This document shows, piece after piece, positions 17,414-26,275 of a stretch of 64,000 nt of DNA. Every line of letters starts with the position of its first letter. Position 1 is the stretch's first letter. The stretch covers positions 1,495 to 65,494 of the forward strand of contig JAOTUY010000005.1 in assembly GCA_029863625.1 (NCBI GenBank). The letters run 5' to 3'. The notes beneath the pieces are model-generated. The model did not search any database and was not told the DNA's origin. It was given only the letters and a program-made list of their open reading frames with translations. The DNA is from Acidimicrobiia bacterium. Lineage in GTDB: Bacteria; Actinomycetota; Acidimicrobiia; Spongiisociales; UBA4744. A program made the position numbers and the translations under genes.

Positions 17414-17832
17414 TCGCCGCCCGCACCGCGTCGGGCCTGGGATTTCTCGACCAGCGCAATCACTTCGCGCCGCAAGCGATCAACATCGTATGGTTTGGCC
17501 AGGAACGCGTCCGGTTTGGTCACGGTCGAAAGCCGTTGCGACTCCGCCCCCTCGTAGGCGGTGACCACGAGCACGGGAAGATCCGAGGTCCGGGGGTCTT
17601 CCCGCAGGCGAGCCAGCACGTCCCACCCATGCATTTTCGGGAGCCGGATATCGAGCACCGCGGCATCAAAGGACTGGGTGTTGGCAGCCTCGAGGGCGCT
17701 CGGTCCGTCCTCGCAAGCAACAACCTCGAACCCCACCCGCTCGAGGCTCAACACCAGTAAACGGCGCGGAACCACTTCGTCCTCGACGACCAAAACCTTG
17801 CCACGACTCGTTTGGTGTTCCGCCACGTTCAT
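17401..17832 (-). CDS. single-domain response regulator (CheY-like receiver), paralog of 7593-7976
   Basis: KVLVVEDEVV...DAAVLDIRLPKMHGW...PVLVVTA...AKPYD. It is clearly alignable with the receiver at 7593-7976 and is convergent with the LtrA gene, overlapping it by 13 nt. Confidence 0.85.
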   Translation of the reverse strand: MNVAEHQTSRGKVLVVEDEVVPRRLLVLSLERVGFEVVACEDGPSALEAANTQSFDAAVLDIRLPKMHGWDVLARLREDPRTSDLPVLVVTAYEGAESQRLSTVTKPDAFLAKPYDVDRLRREVIALVEKSQARRGAGGDQPS

Positions 17833-17996
17833 CCTTCAGTCAAATCCAATGTGAGCAGACCTGGTCAGATGGGGCCGATCGCTCGTATCACCCTAGCCAG
17901 CATCCGCCGCCCCACCCACCGACGTGATCCAGACTCGGAGCAGGCCCAAGCCGATGAGGTAACTCCCAACCCCACATGTCGGCCGATCCTCCTAGT

Positions 17997-18431
17997 TCAC
18001 GCTGACTTGTTGTGGCCAACCGGCCACCACCAAGCCAATGACTCCCCCGGCACCGCGCCGACCACGGACTCAACAAAGGCATCTCCGAACGGGAGCAGCG
18101 AGGGGCCTGACAGGAAGCCGGCCACCATCAGCAAGGATGTGCTGATCACGGCCAACCCCGCCCCGACCGATGCAAGAAGGACGCCGGTTGATCGAGACGT
18201 CCCACCCTGGATTCGATAGACCAAAGGGGCCGCAAGGGCAACCAGAGGCGGCGCTAGATGAAACGTCGTGCCGCTTCGAGCCATCGCCAGGACCGCCCAC
18301 AACAGGACAAAGCCGAGCGGGTATCCGACTGCGTTGGCTGTGATCCGGTTTCTCTTCGCTAATTGCGCCATCCACGCAGCTAACCACCCTCGCCATGCGG
18401 TGCTTCCCGAACCTGTCGGGCTTGCGACCAT
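17997..18431 (-). CDS. hypothetical membrane protein
   Basis: 144-aa ORF with three or four hydrophobic helices (PLGFVLLWAVLAMA, VLLASVGAGLAVISTSLLMVAGFL), divergent from fabH. No recognisable motif. Confidence 0.35.
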   Translation of the reverse strand: MVASPTGSGSTAWRGWLAAWMAQLAKRNRITANAVGYPLGFVLLWAVLAMARSGTTFHLAPPLVALAAPLVYRIQGGTSRSTGVLLASVGAGLAVISTSLLMVAGFLSGPSLLPFGDAFVESVVGAVPGESLAWWWPVGHNKSA

Positions 18432-18493
18432 TGTGACCAGTCATGGTTGCGTGCGTTACCATCGGCCAACTCGTACTCAAGGAAGGTGCACCC

Positions 18494-19510
18494 GTGACCA
18501 GCCTCCGCTCCCGCGTGATCGGCCTCGGGTCTTTCCTACCCCCTCGCGTCGTAACCAACGACGATCTGGCCCAAATCATGGACACTTCGGACGAGTGGAT
18601 CGTCCAACGAACCGGGATCAAGGAGCGACGATGGGTAGAGGGTGTCACTTCCACCTCCGACCTGGCCGTCGAAGCATCACGACGGGCCCTGGACTCCGCC
18701 GGCCTCACACCCGAAGACCTCGACATGATCTTTCTCGCCACCATCAGCCCGGATCACTTCTTCCCCGGGTCGGGGGTCTTTCTCCAGACCAAGCTGGGCC
18801 TGGCCGGGATCCCCGCCATCGACGTACGCCAGCAGTGCACCGGTTTCATCTACGCCCTGTCGATGGCCGATCAATACATCCGAACCGGCTCGGCCCGGAA
18901 GATCCTGGTGGTCGGGGCGGAGGTTCACTCGAAAGGACTCGACAAGAGCACGAATGGGCGGGACATTACCGTGCTGTTCGGCGACGGAGCAGGAGCCGTC
19001 GTCCTCGAGGCTATGGAGGTGAACAACCCGCAGCTCGACTCGCATCTCCTCTCAACCCATCTGTACACAGACGGCGCTCATGCAGAGGACCTATGGGTGC
19101 CGGCCGTGAGCACTGCTTACGATGAGCAGATCGTTGACCAACGCATGCTCGACCGGGGTGACCAGTACCCCAAGATGAACGGGCGCCAGGTGTTCGTCCA
19201 CGCAGTGAAGAGAATGCCGGAGGCCGTCGAGATAGCACTCGAGCACAACGGCTACCAGATCGACGACGTCGATCTGTTCGTTTTCCACCAGGCGAACCTC
19301 CGCATCAACGAGGCGGTCGCCCACCGGCTCGGCGCTCCGGAAGAGAAGGTCTTCAACACCATCGAGAAATATGCCAACACCACGGCTGCCACTATCCCTA
19401 TCGGTCTGGACGAAGCCGTCAAGGCTGGAAGGCTGCAACCGGGCATGCTGGTCGCTCTGGCCGCCTTTGGGGGCGGGTTTACCTGGGGGTCTGCCCTCCT
19501 GCGCTGGTAG
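18494..19510 (+). CDS. fabH: 3-oxoacyl-[ACP] synthase III
   Basis: The FabH N-terminus reads SRVIGLGSFLPPRVVTNDDL...SDEWIVQRTGIKERR, with active-site Cys (QQCTGF), His (FVFHQAN) and Asn (NTIEKYANT) regions. The start is placed at the GTG preceded by ggaaggtg, rather than the upstream ATG at 18443 which adds a non-homologous 17 aa. Confidence 0.85.
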   Translation: MTSLRSRVIGLGSFLPPRVVTNDDLAQIMDTSDEWIVQRTGIKERRWVEGVTSTSDLAVEASRRALDSAGLTPEDLDMIFLATISPDHFFPGSGVFLQTKLGLAGIPAIDVRQQCTGFIYALSMADQYIRTGSARKILVVGAEVHSKGLDKSTNGRDITVLFGDGAGAVVLEAMEVNNPQLDSHLLSTHLYTDGAHAEDLWVPAVSTAYDEQIVDQRMLDRGDQYPKMNGRQVFVHAVKRMPEAVEIALEHNGYQIDDVDLFVFHQANLRINEAVAHRLGAPEEKVFNTIEKYANTTAATIPIGLDEAVKAGRLQPGMLVALAAFGGGFTWGSALLRW

Positions 19511-19635
19511 AACGCTGCATGGAGGGGACAACGGCTCGGACGAATAGGGTCTTTCCGCCCCATCACACGGCCGTCCAGTTTCTGTAGGTTGAGAGGCGAC
19601 CGAACCAAGTGCCGACCCGAAGGGGGCCAAGTGTC

Positions 19636-20106
19636 ATGTCCACCCCACCCGATTTCGGCGACCTACCTGAAGACGAGCTGGTCCCGCCACCGTATGAACC
19701 CGACCCGGCTCCTGCTCTGACAACGGGACCCAACGTTTTGCGCCGTAGCAGGTCAGACAAGGTGCTCGCCGGAGTGGCAGGCGGTCTGGGTCGATACCTC
19801 GGCATCGATCCCGTGATCCTGCGGGTCGCGTTTGTTGTGCTCACTCTGGCCGGCATGGCCGGGGTACTCGTCTACATCATCGGCTGGATCGCAATCCCGG
19901 AAGAGAAGCCGGGTGAGCAGGTCGGGACTGCTCAACACTCGAGCGGCAACACCGCGCGCATGATTGTCGGCGGTCTCCTCATCCTGGTCGGCGGAGCCTT
20001 CCTGTTCGACAACGTAATCCCGGATCTGAGCAAGTTCTTCTGGCCGGCCGCGATCATCCTGCTCGGCGCCGGCGTGCTGTTCGGAGGCATGGGGAGGCGA
20101 TCATGA
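19636..20106 (+). CDS. PspC domain-containing membrane protein
   Basis: The sequence RSRSDKVLAGVAGGLGRYLGIDPVILRVAFVVLTLAG...YIIGWIAIP is a classic PspC domain followed by a second TM region. The start is taken at MSTPPDF. Confidence 0.7.
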   Translation: MSTPPDFGDLPEDELVPPPYEPDPAPALTTGPNVLRRSRSDKVLAGVAGGLGRYLGIDPVILRVAFVVLTLAGMAGVLVYIIGWIAIPEEKPGEQVGTAQHSSGNTARMIVGGLLILVGGAFLFDNVIPDLSKFFWPAAIILLGAGVLFGGMGRRS

Positions 20107-20735
20107 CCCCGACAACGGAAACCCCGCCCAGACGCACGAGCAGTGCCCGCATCATCGTCGGTGCGCTCATTCTGCTGATCGGCGTCGGCTGGATGCTCGA
20201 GATCGCCGGGGCGGTCGATGAGATCCCCTGGTCCTACCTGCTGCCGGCCGCAGTGATTGTCGTCGGCGTCGGCCTGGTCGCCGATTCGCGGGGCCCGACT
20301 CACGGTGGGTTGATAGCGCTTGGGATCATCTTGACGATCTTCCTCCTGATCGACGTCTCGGTTTCGACGTTCGACTTCACCTCCGGCGACATCGTGATCG
20401 GTCCGAGGACCGAACACCCCGCCTCCGTGAACGATCTGGAGGATTACGGCATCTTCGCGGGCGAATTGACGATCGACCTCGGCGACGTAGCTTTCCCGGT
20501 CGGCGAGACCGAAGTAAATGTTAACGCCTTCGCCGGGTCGGTTCGCATCATCGTTCCCGATAACGTGACTGTAGAGCTAGCGGCCAGGACCTTTGCCGGT
20601 GAGATCCGTGCATTGGGCAAGCAAAGCGAGGGGCTCGGACCAAACGTCGATGAGACATTCACCGGCAGCGATGCCACCAGGATCCTGGTGCTCGATGTGT
20701 CAACTTTCGCGGGAGAGATCGAGGTAACCAGATGA
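20103..20735 (+). CDS. LiaF-like / DUF2154 cell-envelope stress protein
   Basis: Two N-terminal TM helices are followed by a beta-rich C-terminal domain with repeated TFAGEI/AFAGSV motifs. It overlaps the PspC stop as ATGA. Confidence 0.6.
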   Translation: MTPTTETPPRRTSSARIIVGALILLIGVGWMLEIAGAVDEIPWSYLLPAAVIVVGVGLVADSRGPTHGGLIALGIILTIFLLIDVSVSTFDFTSGDIVIGPRTEHPASVNDLEDYGIFAGELTIDLGDVAFPVGETEVNVNAFAGSVRIIVPDNVTVELAARTFAGEIRALGKQSEGLGPNVDETFTGSDATRILVLDVSTFAGEIEVTR

Positions 20736-20923
20736 ATGACCGACCCATCAATCGCGGTTCCGTCGTTGCCGGCGTGTTCTTCATCCTGGTCGGTGCCGCT
20801 TTTCTGCTGCAAGAACTGGACGTCTGGGATCTCAAAGCGGTCTACGTTTTCCCGGTGCTGCTGGTCGTCCTCGGGGTGGCCGTCCTCCTCGGCGGAACAG
20901 GCAAGAGCGAGGGCAGTTCGTAA
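20732..20923 (+). CDS. small two-TM membrane protein (third gene of the PspC operon)
   Basis: 63 aa with two hydrophobic helices and an ATGA overlap with the upstream gene. Confidence 0.5.
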   Translation: MNDRPINRGSVVAGVFFILVGAAFLLQELDVWDLKAVYVFPVLLVVLGVAVLLGGTGKSEGSS

Positions 20924-20972
20924 TTCTCCCCCCTGAGGAGCAGGCGCAGCCGGAGCCGGGTTGGGGGGAGTA

Positions 20973-20985
20973 CCGCCGAAGGCGG
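20973..20985. terminator. possible bidirectional terminator hairpin
   Basis: ccgcc-gaa-ggcgg lies between convergent genes (ending at 20923 on + and 21069 on -). A second GC hairpin (gggg-ttccgt-cccc) follows. There is no U-tract, which is common at high GC. Confidence 0.3.
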
Positions 20986-21068
20986 GGAGGGGTTCCGTCC
21001 CCAACAACGAAAGACTCACCTGAAGGAGGGGCCGTCCCTTGCGAACAGCGGACGGCGGACCGCGCACA

Positions 21069-21824
21069 TCACTTCAGTGAAAGCAGTCTTCCCACCGGGA
21101 TCTCGCGTTCGGTCCCCGTGATCTGCAGCAAACCGCCGTCAACTTCGCGCACGGTGGTGTTGGTACACCCGCCCTGGGCGTAGCTCTGGTAGTTGACCCG
21201 TATGCTCTCGATGGGGATGTCGTTCCCGTCGGTCGTCGCCCGGAAGTCGCTCCAGCGGGCCACTACCGATGGATCGTCACATCGGCAGAAGGCCTCGGTC
21301 CAGACCATGGGTCCGGCGAGCCGAGTACCAGTCGAGAAGAGATCTCTCACGACCGTAGGCTCTCCCGTGGCGAGATTGGTGACGGTGCCTCTCCAACGTC
21401 CGGTTTCGGGCGAAGAGATGACAAACCGGTAGGGGATGCCGGGTTCCCACGAGTAGTCGCGGGTATTGGAGTTCTCCAGCGCACTTGGCAACTCGGAGAC
21501 GGAACCAGCGAGTTCGCCGGATTCGCCGTATCCGCCCCAATTCACGGCCCGGTTGCCCGGATAGGACGGATGCCACTGTAGACCGAGGTGGGCACCTCCC
21601 CGCGCGGTGCTCCCCTCGAGGAAGGTTGCCTGCAGCGCCCAGAAGTACAGCCGCGACACTGCCGGTTCGACGAGCAGTTCGAAGACTGCCGACACCTCTT
21701 CGAGCGGTACTGACGGCACGGTCCAAATCAAGTGAAACGAAGACGCTCTGTTTGATGAAGCCGGCTCGCCCGAGTCGCGAACCGTCAAGCGAGCCAGAAA
21801 GCGGGCGATCGGACCTGGAGCCAC
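21069..21824 (-). CDS. hypothetical protein
   Basis: 251-aa ORF with coding-like G/C-rich third positions and no recognised motif. Antisense ORFs in the same span are shorter. Confidence 0.45.
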   Translation of the reverse strand: MAPGPIARFLARLTVRDSGEPASSNRASSFHLIWTVPSVPLEEVSAVFELLVEPAVSRLYFWALQATFLEGSTARGGAHLGLQWHPSYPGNRAVNWGGYGESGELAGSVSELPSALENSNTRDYSWEPGIPYRFVISSPETGRWRGTVTNLATGEPTVVRDLFSTGTRLAGPMVWTEAFCRCDDPSVVARWSDFRATTDGNDIPIESIRVNYQSYAQGGCTNTTVREVDGGLLQITGTEREIPVGRLLSLK

Positions 21825-21928
21825 AGTGCGACAGTAGTCAGCCGTCAGCCGTTGGTAGTCAGTAGTCAGTTCGGCGGATTGCCGACTGCGGGCTCACGAC
21901 CGGAAACTGAGAACTGAGGACTGAAAAC

Positions 21929-22252
21929 TCAGATCGTCGGGAGCTCCTCGAATGAAGGGAAGAGGCGATCTGCGCCCGGCACTTCCGAGAGGCTGAGATT
22001 CTCGGCCAGGGTCCGTTTCTTGGTCCAAATTGCCATCACTCGTTCGTTGCTCGAGGAACGAGCCGGAGCGTCCTCGTCGGCCCATTCGACCAGCTGCAGG
22101 AACACGTCGGCTCCGGCCTTGAGGATCATCGCCCGCCAATCGCTGATGAGCCCTTCATCGCGCATGGTGGCGATGTCCTGGCGGAGGGCCTCCAGGAACA
22201 GCTCTTCGCGGCCCTCGTGGACCCGGTATGCGCCGATCGCGATCATTCCCAT
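21929..22252 (-). CDS. ABM (antibiotic biosynthesis monooxygenase / Dabb)-like small protein
   Basis: About 107 aa. MIAIGAYRVHEGREELFLEALRQ...WADEDA fits the ABM ferredoxin-like fold pattern. The start Met is ambiguous (M1, M4 or M6). Confidence 0.5.
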   Translation of the reverse strand: MGMIAIGAYRVHEGREELFLEALRQDIATMRDEGLISDWRAMILKAGADVFLQLVEWADEDAPARSSSNERVMAIWTKKRTLAENLSLSEVPGADRLFPSFEELPTI

Positions 22253-22312
22253 CAAGTGCACGGTACACGGGAGCGATTCGGGATCAAGCCTTTCCGCGAG
22301 CTACACTTGCCT

Positions 22313-22410
22313 TCTCACGGGAGCTCGGTGTACCGGGCTGAGAGGGGGGCCGTCACAGCCTCCGACCGTTTGAACCTGTCCCGGATAATGCCGGCGTAGG
22401 AAGCTCTCTC
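22313..22410 (+). promoter_or_regulatory. TPP (thiamine pyrophosphate) riboswitch, THI element
   Basis: cacgggagctcggtgtaccgggCTGAGAggggggccgtcacagcctccgaccgtttgaACCTGtcccGGATAATGCCGGCGtAGGAAg contains the conserved CUGAGA and ACCUG-AUC-GGAUAAUGCC-GCGUAGGGA boxes of the THI element. It sits directly upstream of the thiB-like gene. Confidence 0.8.
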
Positions 22411-22443
22411 AGCTCGGCCCTCCGACCAACTGAACGGAGAGCC

Positions 22444-23538
22444 ATGTCTGCGAAGAACCCGAAGCGGTCAATACGGAGACTCATCGCGATAGTGGTCTTG
22501 GTGGTGGCGGCCGGCTGTTCCGATCCGGCGACGACGACCAGTAGCCCGGCGCCAACCACCGCCCCCCTCGAACACGTCGAGATCATTCTGATGACCCACG
22601 ACTCGTTCGTGGTGTCGGACGAGCTTCTGGAATCCTTCGAAACCGAGACCGGCATCGAGATAAGGGTCCTCCCCGCGGGCGATGCAGGCACCATGGTCAA
22701 CCAGGCCGTCCTCACCAAAGACAACCCGTTGGCGGACGTCATCTTCGGAGTCGACAACAGTTTCCTGTCGCGGGCGTTGGACGCAGGCCTGTTCGCACCC
22801 TATCTATCCCCCCTCCTGGCGTCGGTCCCAGACGAACTGGAGATCGACCCGCGGGTGACCCCGATCGATTTCGGTGATGTGTGCATCAACTGGGACAAGG
22901 CCTACTTCGCCGACGCGGGGCTGACTCCACCGAAAACCCTCTTCGATCTCACCGATGCCATCTATCGAGACCTGCTGGTTGTTCAAAGCCCGGCGACTTC
23001 TTCTCCGGGACTGGCCTTCCTGTACAGCACCATCGCCACGTTTGGAGAGAACGGTGATTACACATGGATCGACTTCTGGACTGACCTCCGGGACAACAAC
23101 GTGCTGGTGACCTCAGGATGGGAGGAGGCGTACTACTCCTACTTCACGGCTGCTTCTGACGGTGACCGACCCATGGTCGTTTCCTATGCGTCGTCCCCGC
23201 CTTTCGAGGTGATCTACGCTACCGAACCTATCGACGAGCCGCCGACCGCGGTCATGACCCAAGGCTGCTTCCGGCAGATCGAGTATGCCGGGATCGTGGC
23301 CGGGACTGAGGCCCGTCCGGCTGCTGAGAGAGTCATCGACCTCCTGCTCTCCACCCGGTTCCAGGACGGCATCCCGCTCTCCATGTTCGTATTCCCGGCC
23401 AATGCGGATGCGACGCTGCCACCCGCCTTCGTCGAGCACGCCGTCGTCCCGGCAGATCCTCTGTCGCTTCCGGACGGCGCAACCGAAGCGAACGTGCGGC
23501 TCTGGATTCTGGAGTGGACAGAGGTCATGAGCAGGTGA
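22444..23538 (+). CDS. thiB: thiamine ABC transporter substrate-binding lipoprotein
   Basis: Signal peptide with lipobox (LVVAAGCS), SBP family-1 conservation (DVIFGVDNSFL...GLFAPY), and a TPP riboswitch upstream. Confidence 0.8.
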   Translation: MSAKNPKRSIRRLIAIVVLVVAAGCSDPATTTSSPAPTTAPLEHVEIILMTHDSFVVSDELLESFETETGIEIRVLPAGDAGTMVNQAVLTKDNPLADVIFGVDNSFLSRALDAGLFAPYLSPLLASVPDELEIDPRVTPIDFGDVCINWDKAYFADAGLTPPKTLFDLTDAIYRDLLVVQSPATSSPGLAFLYSTIATFGENGDYTWIDFWTDLRDNNVLVTSGWEEAYYSYFTAASDGDRPMVVSYASSPPFEVIYATEPIDEPPTAVMTQGCFRQIEYAGIVAGTEARPAAERVIDLLLSTRFQDGIPLSMFVFPANADATLPPAFVEHAVVPADPLSLPDGATEANVRLWILEWTEVMSR

Positions 23539-25175
23539 CCGAACAGGACAGTCCCAACCGGCGCAGCCGGATCGCGAGAATCGCCCTCATTGCGATACCG
23601 CTGAGCTTTCTCGGCTACTTCTTCGTCTATCCGGTGGCAAGCATCCTCGGGATCAGCCTGTTCGGGGAGGGAGGGTTCTCGTTCTCTGCGTTCTCGGCGA
23701 TTGCCTCGAGGCCCTCCCTGCGCGCCGCGATCTGGTTCACCGTGTGGCAGGCGGTGGCTTCGACGTTGCTGACCCTGGTGGTCGCGATGCCCGCCGCCTA
23801 CGTCTTCGCTCGATTCTCCTTTCCCGGCAAGAGCTTCTTCCGGGCTGCTATCACCGTGCCTTTTGTTCTGCCGACCGTCGTAGTTGGCGCTGCGTACCTA
23901 GCCCTGCTCGGACCGAACGGCCCCCTCGGCATCGATCTTCGCCAAACGATCTGGGCGATCCTCATCGCCCATGTCTTCTACAACTACGCGGTGGTGGTGA
24001 GGACGGTTGGCGGTTTATGGGCCCATCTCGACCCGCGCCTCGAGGAAGCCGCCCGGATGCTGGGAGCCGGCCGCTGGCGGACCTTCCGGGAGGTTTCGCT
24101 TCCCCTCCTCCGCCCGGCTATCGCCGCCGCCTCCTCCATCGTCTTCCTCTTCACGTTCACTTCATTCGGAGTTGTGCTGATCCTTGGTGGGTTCGAGTAC
24201 TCGACCATCGAAGTGGAAATATGGCGACAAACTACGGCCTTTCTCGACTTGCCGGTGGCAGGAGCCCTGGCCGTCCTGCAACTGGTCGGCATCTCGTCGA
24301 TCCTCGTCGCCTACTCCCGTTATCAGGAGCGCCGCAGTGTCGAGCAACAGTTGCGGCCGGCAATCGAAGTGGCCCGCCGGCCGCGGGGCCGGCGGGAATT
24401 CGCGCTGGTGTGGGGCGTGCTCGGCTTTACCGGCTTGTTCCTCGGAACGCCGCTGGCCGTGCTGGTCGGGCGGTCGTTGCGAGTCGGAGATGGGTACGGA
24501 TTCGATGCGTACCGTTCGCTCGGGAAAGCGACGGCCACACTCGTGCCACCCGCTGAGGCGATCGGCAACTCTGCGCTCTTTGCGACCGCGGCGATGGCGA
24601 TCGCCCTCATCGTCGGAACCATGGCCGCGACCCTGATCGCCTACCACCGCACTGCCGTCTCGCGCTGGTTCGACGTGCTGCTGATGCTGCCACTCGGGAC
24701 ATCGGCGGTGACGATTGGATTCGGTTTCCTGGTAGCCCTCGACACACCTATCGATCTGCGGACCGCACCCATCCTGGTGCCCATCGCTCACGCCCTGGTG
24801 GCCATCCCGTTCGTGGTACGCACGGAGGTGCCCGTGATGCGATCGGTGCGTACCAGGCTTCGAGAGGCCGGCGCGGTACTGGGTGCGCCGCCGGGACGGG
24901 TGTGGAGAGAGATCGACCTGCCGCTCATTTTCCGGGCGATGCTGGTCGGGGCCGGGTTTGCGTTCGCCATTTCCCTCGGCGAGTTCGGCGCCACCTCATT
25001 CATCGCCCGGCCGGATGCCCCGACCTTACCGGTTGCAATCTTCCGGTTGCTCGGCCGGGCCGGGGCAGCCAACTTCACCCAGGCCATGGCGCTGAGCACG
25101 ATATTGATGGGCTTGACCGCCATCTCGATCCTGGCCATCGAACGGTTCCGGATCGGCGACATGGGAGAGTTCTGA
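23535..25175 (+). CDS. thiP: thiamine/iron-type ABC transporter permease with two fused domains
   Basis: About 546 aa with 12 TM helices in two repeats (duplicated permease). The start is taken at the GTG overlapping the thiB stop as GTGA; the annotated ATG at 23514 would overlap thiB by 25 nt. Confidence 0.8.
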   Translation: MTEQDSPNRRSRIARIALIAIPLSFLGYFFVYPVASILGISLFGEGGFSFSAFSAIASRPSLRAAIWFTVWQAVASTLLTLVVAMPAAYVFARFSFPGKSFFRAAITVPFVLPTVVVGAAYLALLGPNGPLGIDLRQTIWAILIAHVFYNYAVVVRTVGGLWAHLDPRLEEAARMLGAGRWRTFREVSLPLLRPAIAAASSIVFLFTFTSFGVVLILGGFEYSTIEVEIWRQTTAFLDLPVAGALAVLQLVGISSILVAYSRYQERRSVEQQLRPAIEVARRPRGRREFALVWGVLGFTGLFLGTPLAVLVGRSLRVGDGYGFDAYRSLGKATATLVPPAEAIGNSALFATAAMAIALIVGTMAATLIAYHRTAVSRWFDVLLMLPLGTSAVTIGFGFLVALDTPIDLRTAPILVPIAHALVAIPFVVRTEVPVMRSVRTRLREAGAVLGAPPGRVWREIDLPLIFRAMLVGAGFAFAISLGEFGATSFIARPDAPTLPVAIFRLLGRAGAANFTQAMALSTILMGLTAISILAIERFRIGDMGEF

Positions 25176-25208
25176 TGGCCGGGGTGAACCGGGAAGCAGC
25201 CACCGACC

Positions 25209-26219
25209 ATGCTTGAAGCAACCAACCTCACCGTGCGATTCGGCGAGAAGATCGCCCTCGATGCGGTCAGTCTGACCGTGACCGATGGAGAGGTCCTCGC
25301 CGTGCTCGGGCCGAGCGGGAGCGGCAAGACAACCTTGCTCAGAGTGATCGCCGGGTTGCAGGCTCCTGGATCCGGATCGCTCTCCTGGGATGGCCAGCCT
25401 CTCGACCAGGTCGCTGCCCACGAGCGTGGGTTTGGTCTGATGTTCCAGGACTATGCGCTGTTCCCCCACCGGACCGTGGCCGGAAACGTGGCCTTTGGCT
25501 TGCGGATGGCCGGGATGGCGGGCGATCGCATCGAGGAGAGGGTGGCCGTGGTGCTCGACTGGGTGGGTCTTCCGGGATACCAGGATCGCTCCGTCGGCAA
25601 CCTGTCGGGTGGTGAGCAACAAAGGGTGGCATTGGCCCGCGCCCTGGCCCCGGCCCCTCGCATGCTCATGCTCGACGAACCGGTTGGGTCCCTCGACCGG
25701 GGAATGCGAGAACGCCTGGTGGGTGAGCTTCGCCAACTTTTCGTCGAGCACGGCATCACCACCCTCTACGTCACCCACGATCAGGAGGAGGCTTTCGGTC
25801 TAGCCGACCGAATCGTCATCATGAAGGACGGATCCGTAGCCCAGGAGGGAACCCCCGAGCAGGTGTGGCGCCAACCGGTCGGTGAATGGGTGGCGCGGTT
25901 CCTGGGATTCGACAACATCATCGACGCCACCATCACCGAGGGGGTCGCCCAAACCAGCTTCGGCCGATTCGGAATCGCCGGCCCGGCCTCCGGCTCACAC
26001 CGTCTGGTGATTCGGCCCGACGGATTCACGGTCGCGGCAGGCGGAACCATCCAGGGAACGGTGGTTACCAGGAGTTTCCGCGGCGGGCACTACCAACTGG
26101 CTGTGGAGGCCGGTCCCGGGGTCCTCCTGGAGATGGAGATCGACGAACACCCGGTGCCGGCCGTCGGCGAGGTCGTAACGCTGAGCATTGATCCCGAGGC
26201 GGTGGTGGTCCTGGACTGA
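25209..26219 (+). CDS. thiQ: ABC transporter ATP-binding protein (ThiQ/FbpC-like)
   Basis: Walker A GPSGSGKTT, signature LSGGEQQRVALARAL, Walker B MLMLDEP, and a C-terminal TOBE-like domain. Confidence 0.8.
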   Translation: MLEATNLTVRFGEKIALDAVSLTVTDGEVLAVLGPSGSGKTTLLRVIAGLQAPGSGSLSWDGQPLDQVAAHERGFGLMFQDYALFPHRTVAGNVAFGLRMAGMAGDRIEERVAVVLDWVGLPGYQDRSVGNLSGGEQQRVALARALAPAPRMLMLDEPVGSLDRGMRERLVGELRQLFVEHGITTLYVTHDQEEAFGLADRIVIMKDGSVAQEGTPEQVWRQPVGEWVARFLGFDNIIDATITEGVAQTSFGRFGIAGPASGSHRLVIRPDGFTVAAGGTIQGTVVTRSFRGGHYQLAVEAGPGVLLEMEIDEHPVPAVGEVVTLSIDPEAVVVLD

Positions 26220-26225
26220 CCTTCT

Positions 26226-26275
26226 CCCCGTTCTTGCGTGAGTCGCCGGCGCTATCCGCAGGCTTCTCACGCAAG
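26226..26275. repeat. about 50-bp palindromic repeat element, copy 1
   Basis: ccccgttCTTGCGTGAGtcgccggcgctatccgcaggcttCTCACGCAAG carries a perfect 10-bp inverted repeat. A second copy at 26710-26758 has the same core (ccccgttcttgcgtga ... gcgctatccgcagg ... ttctcacgc). Confidence 0.55.

Noticed and set aside
18268-19125. 285-aa plus-strand ORF in a different frame from fabH
   Set aside because: It is in the same region as the unmistakable FabH frame, with Arg/Pro/Gly-rich composition.
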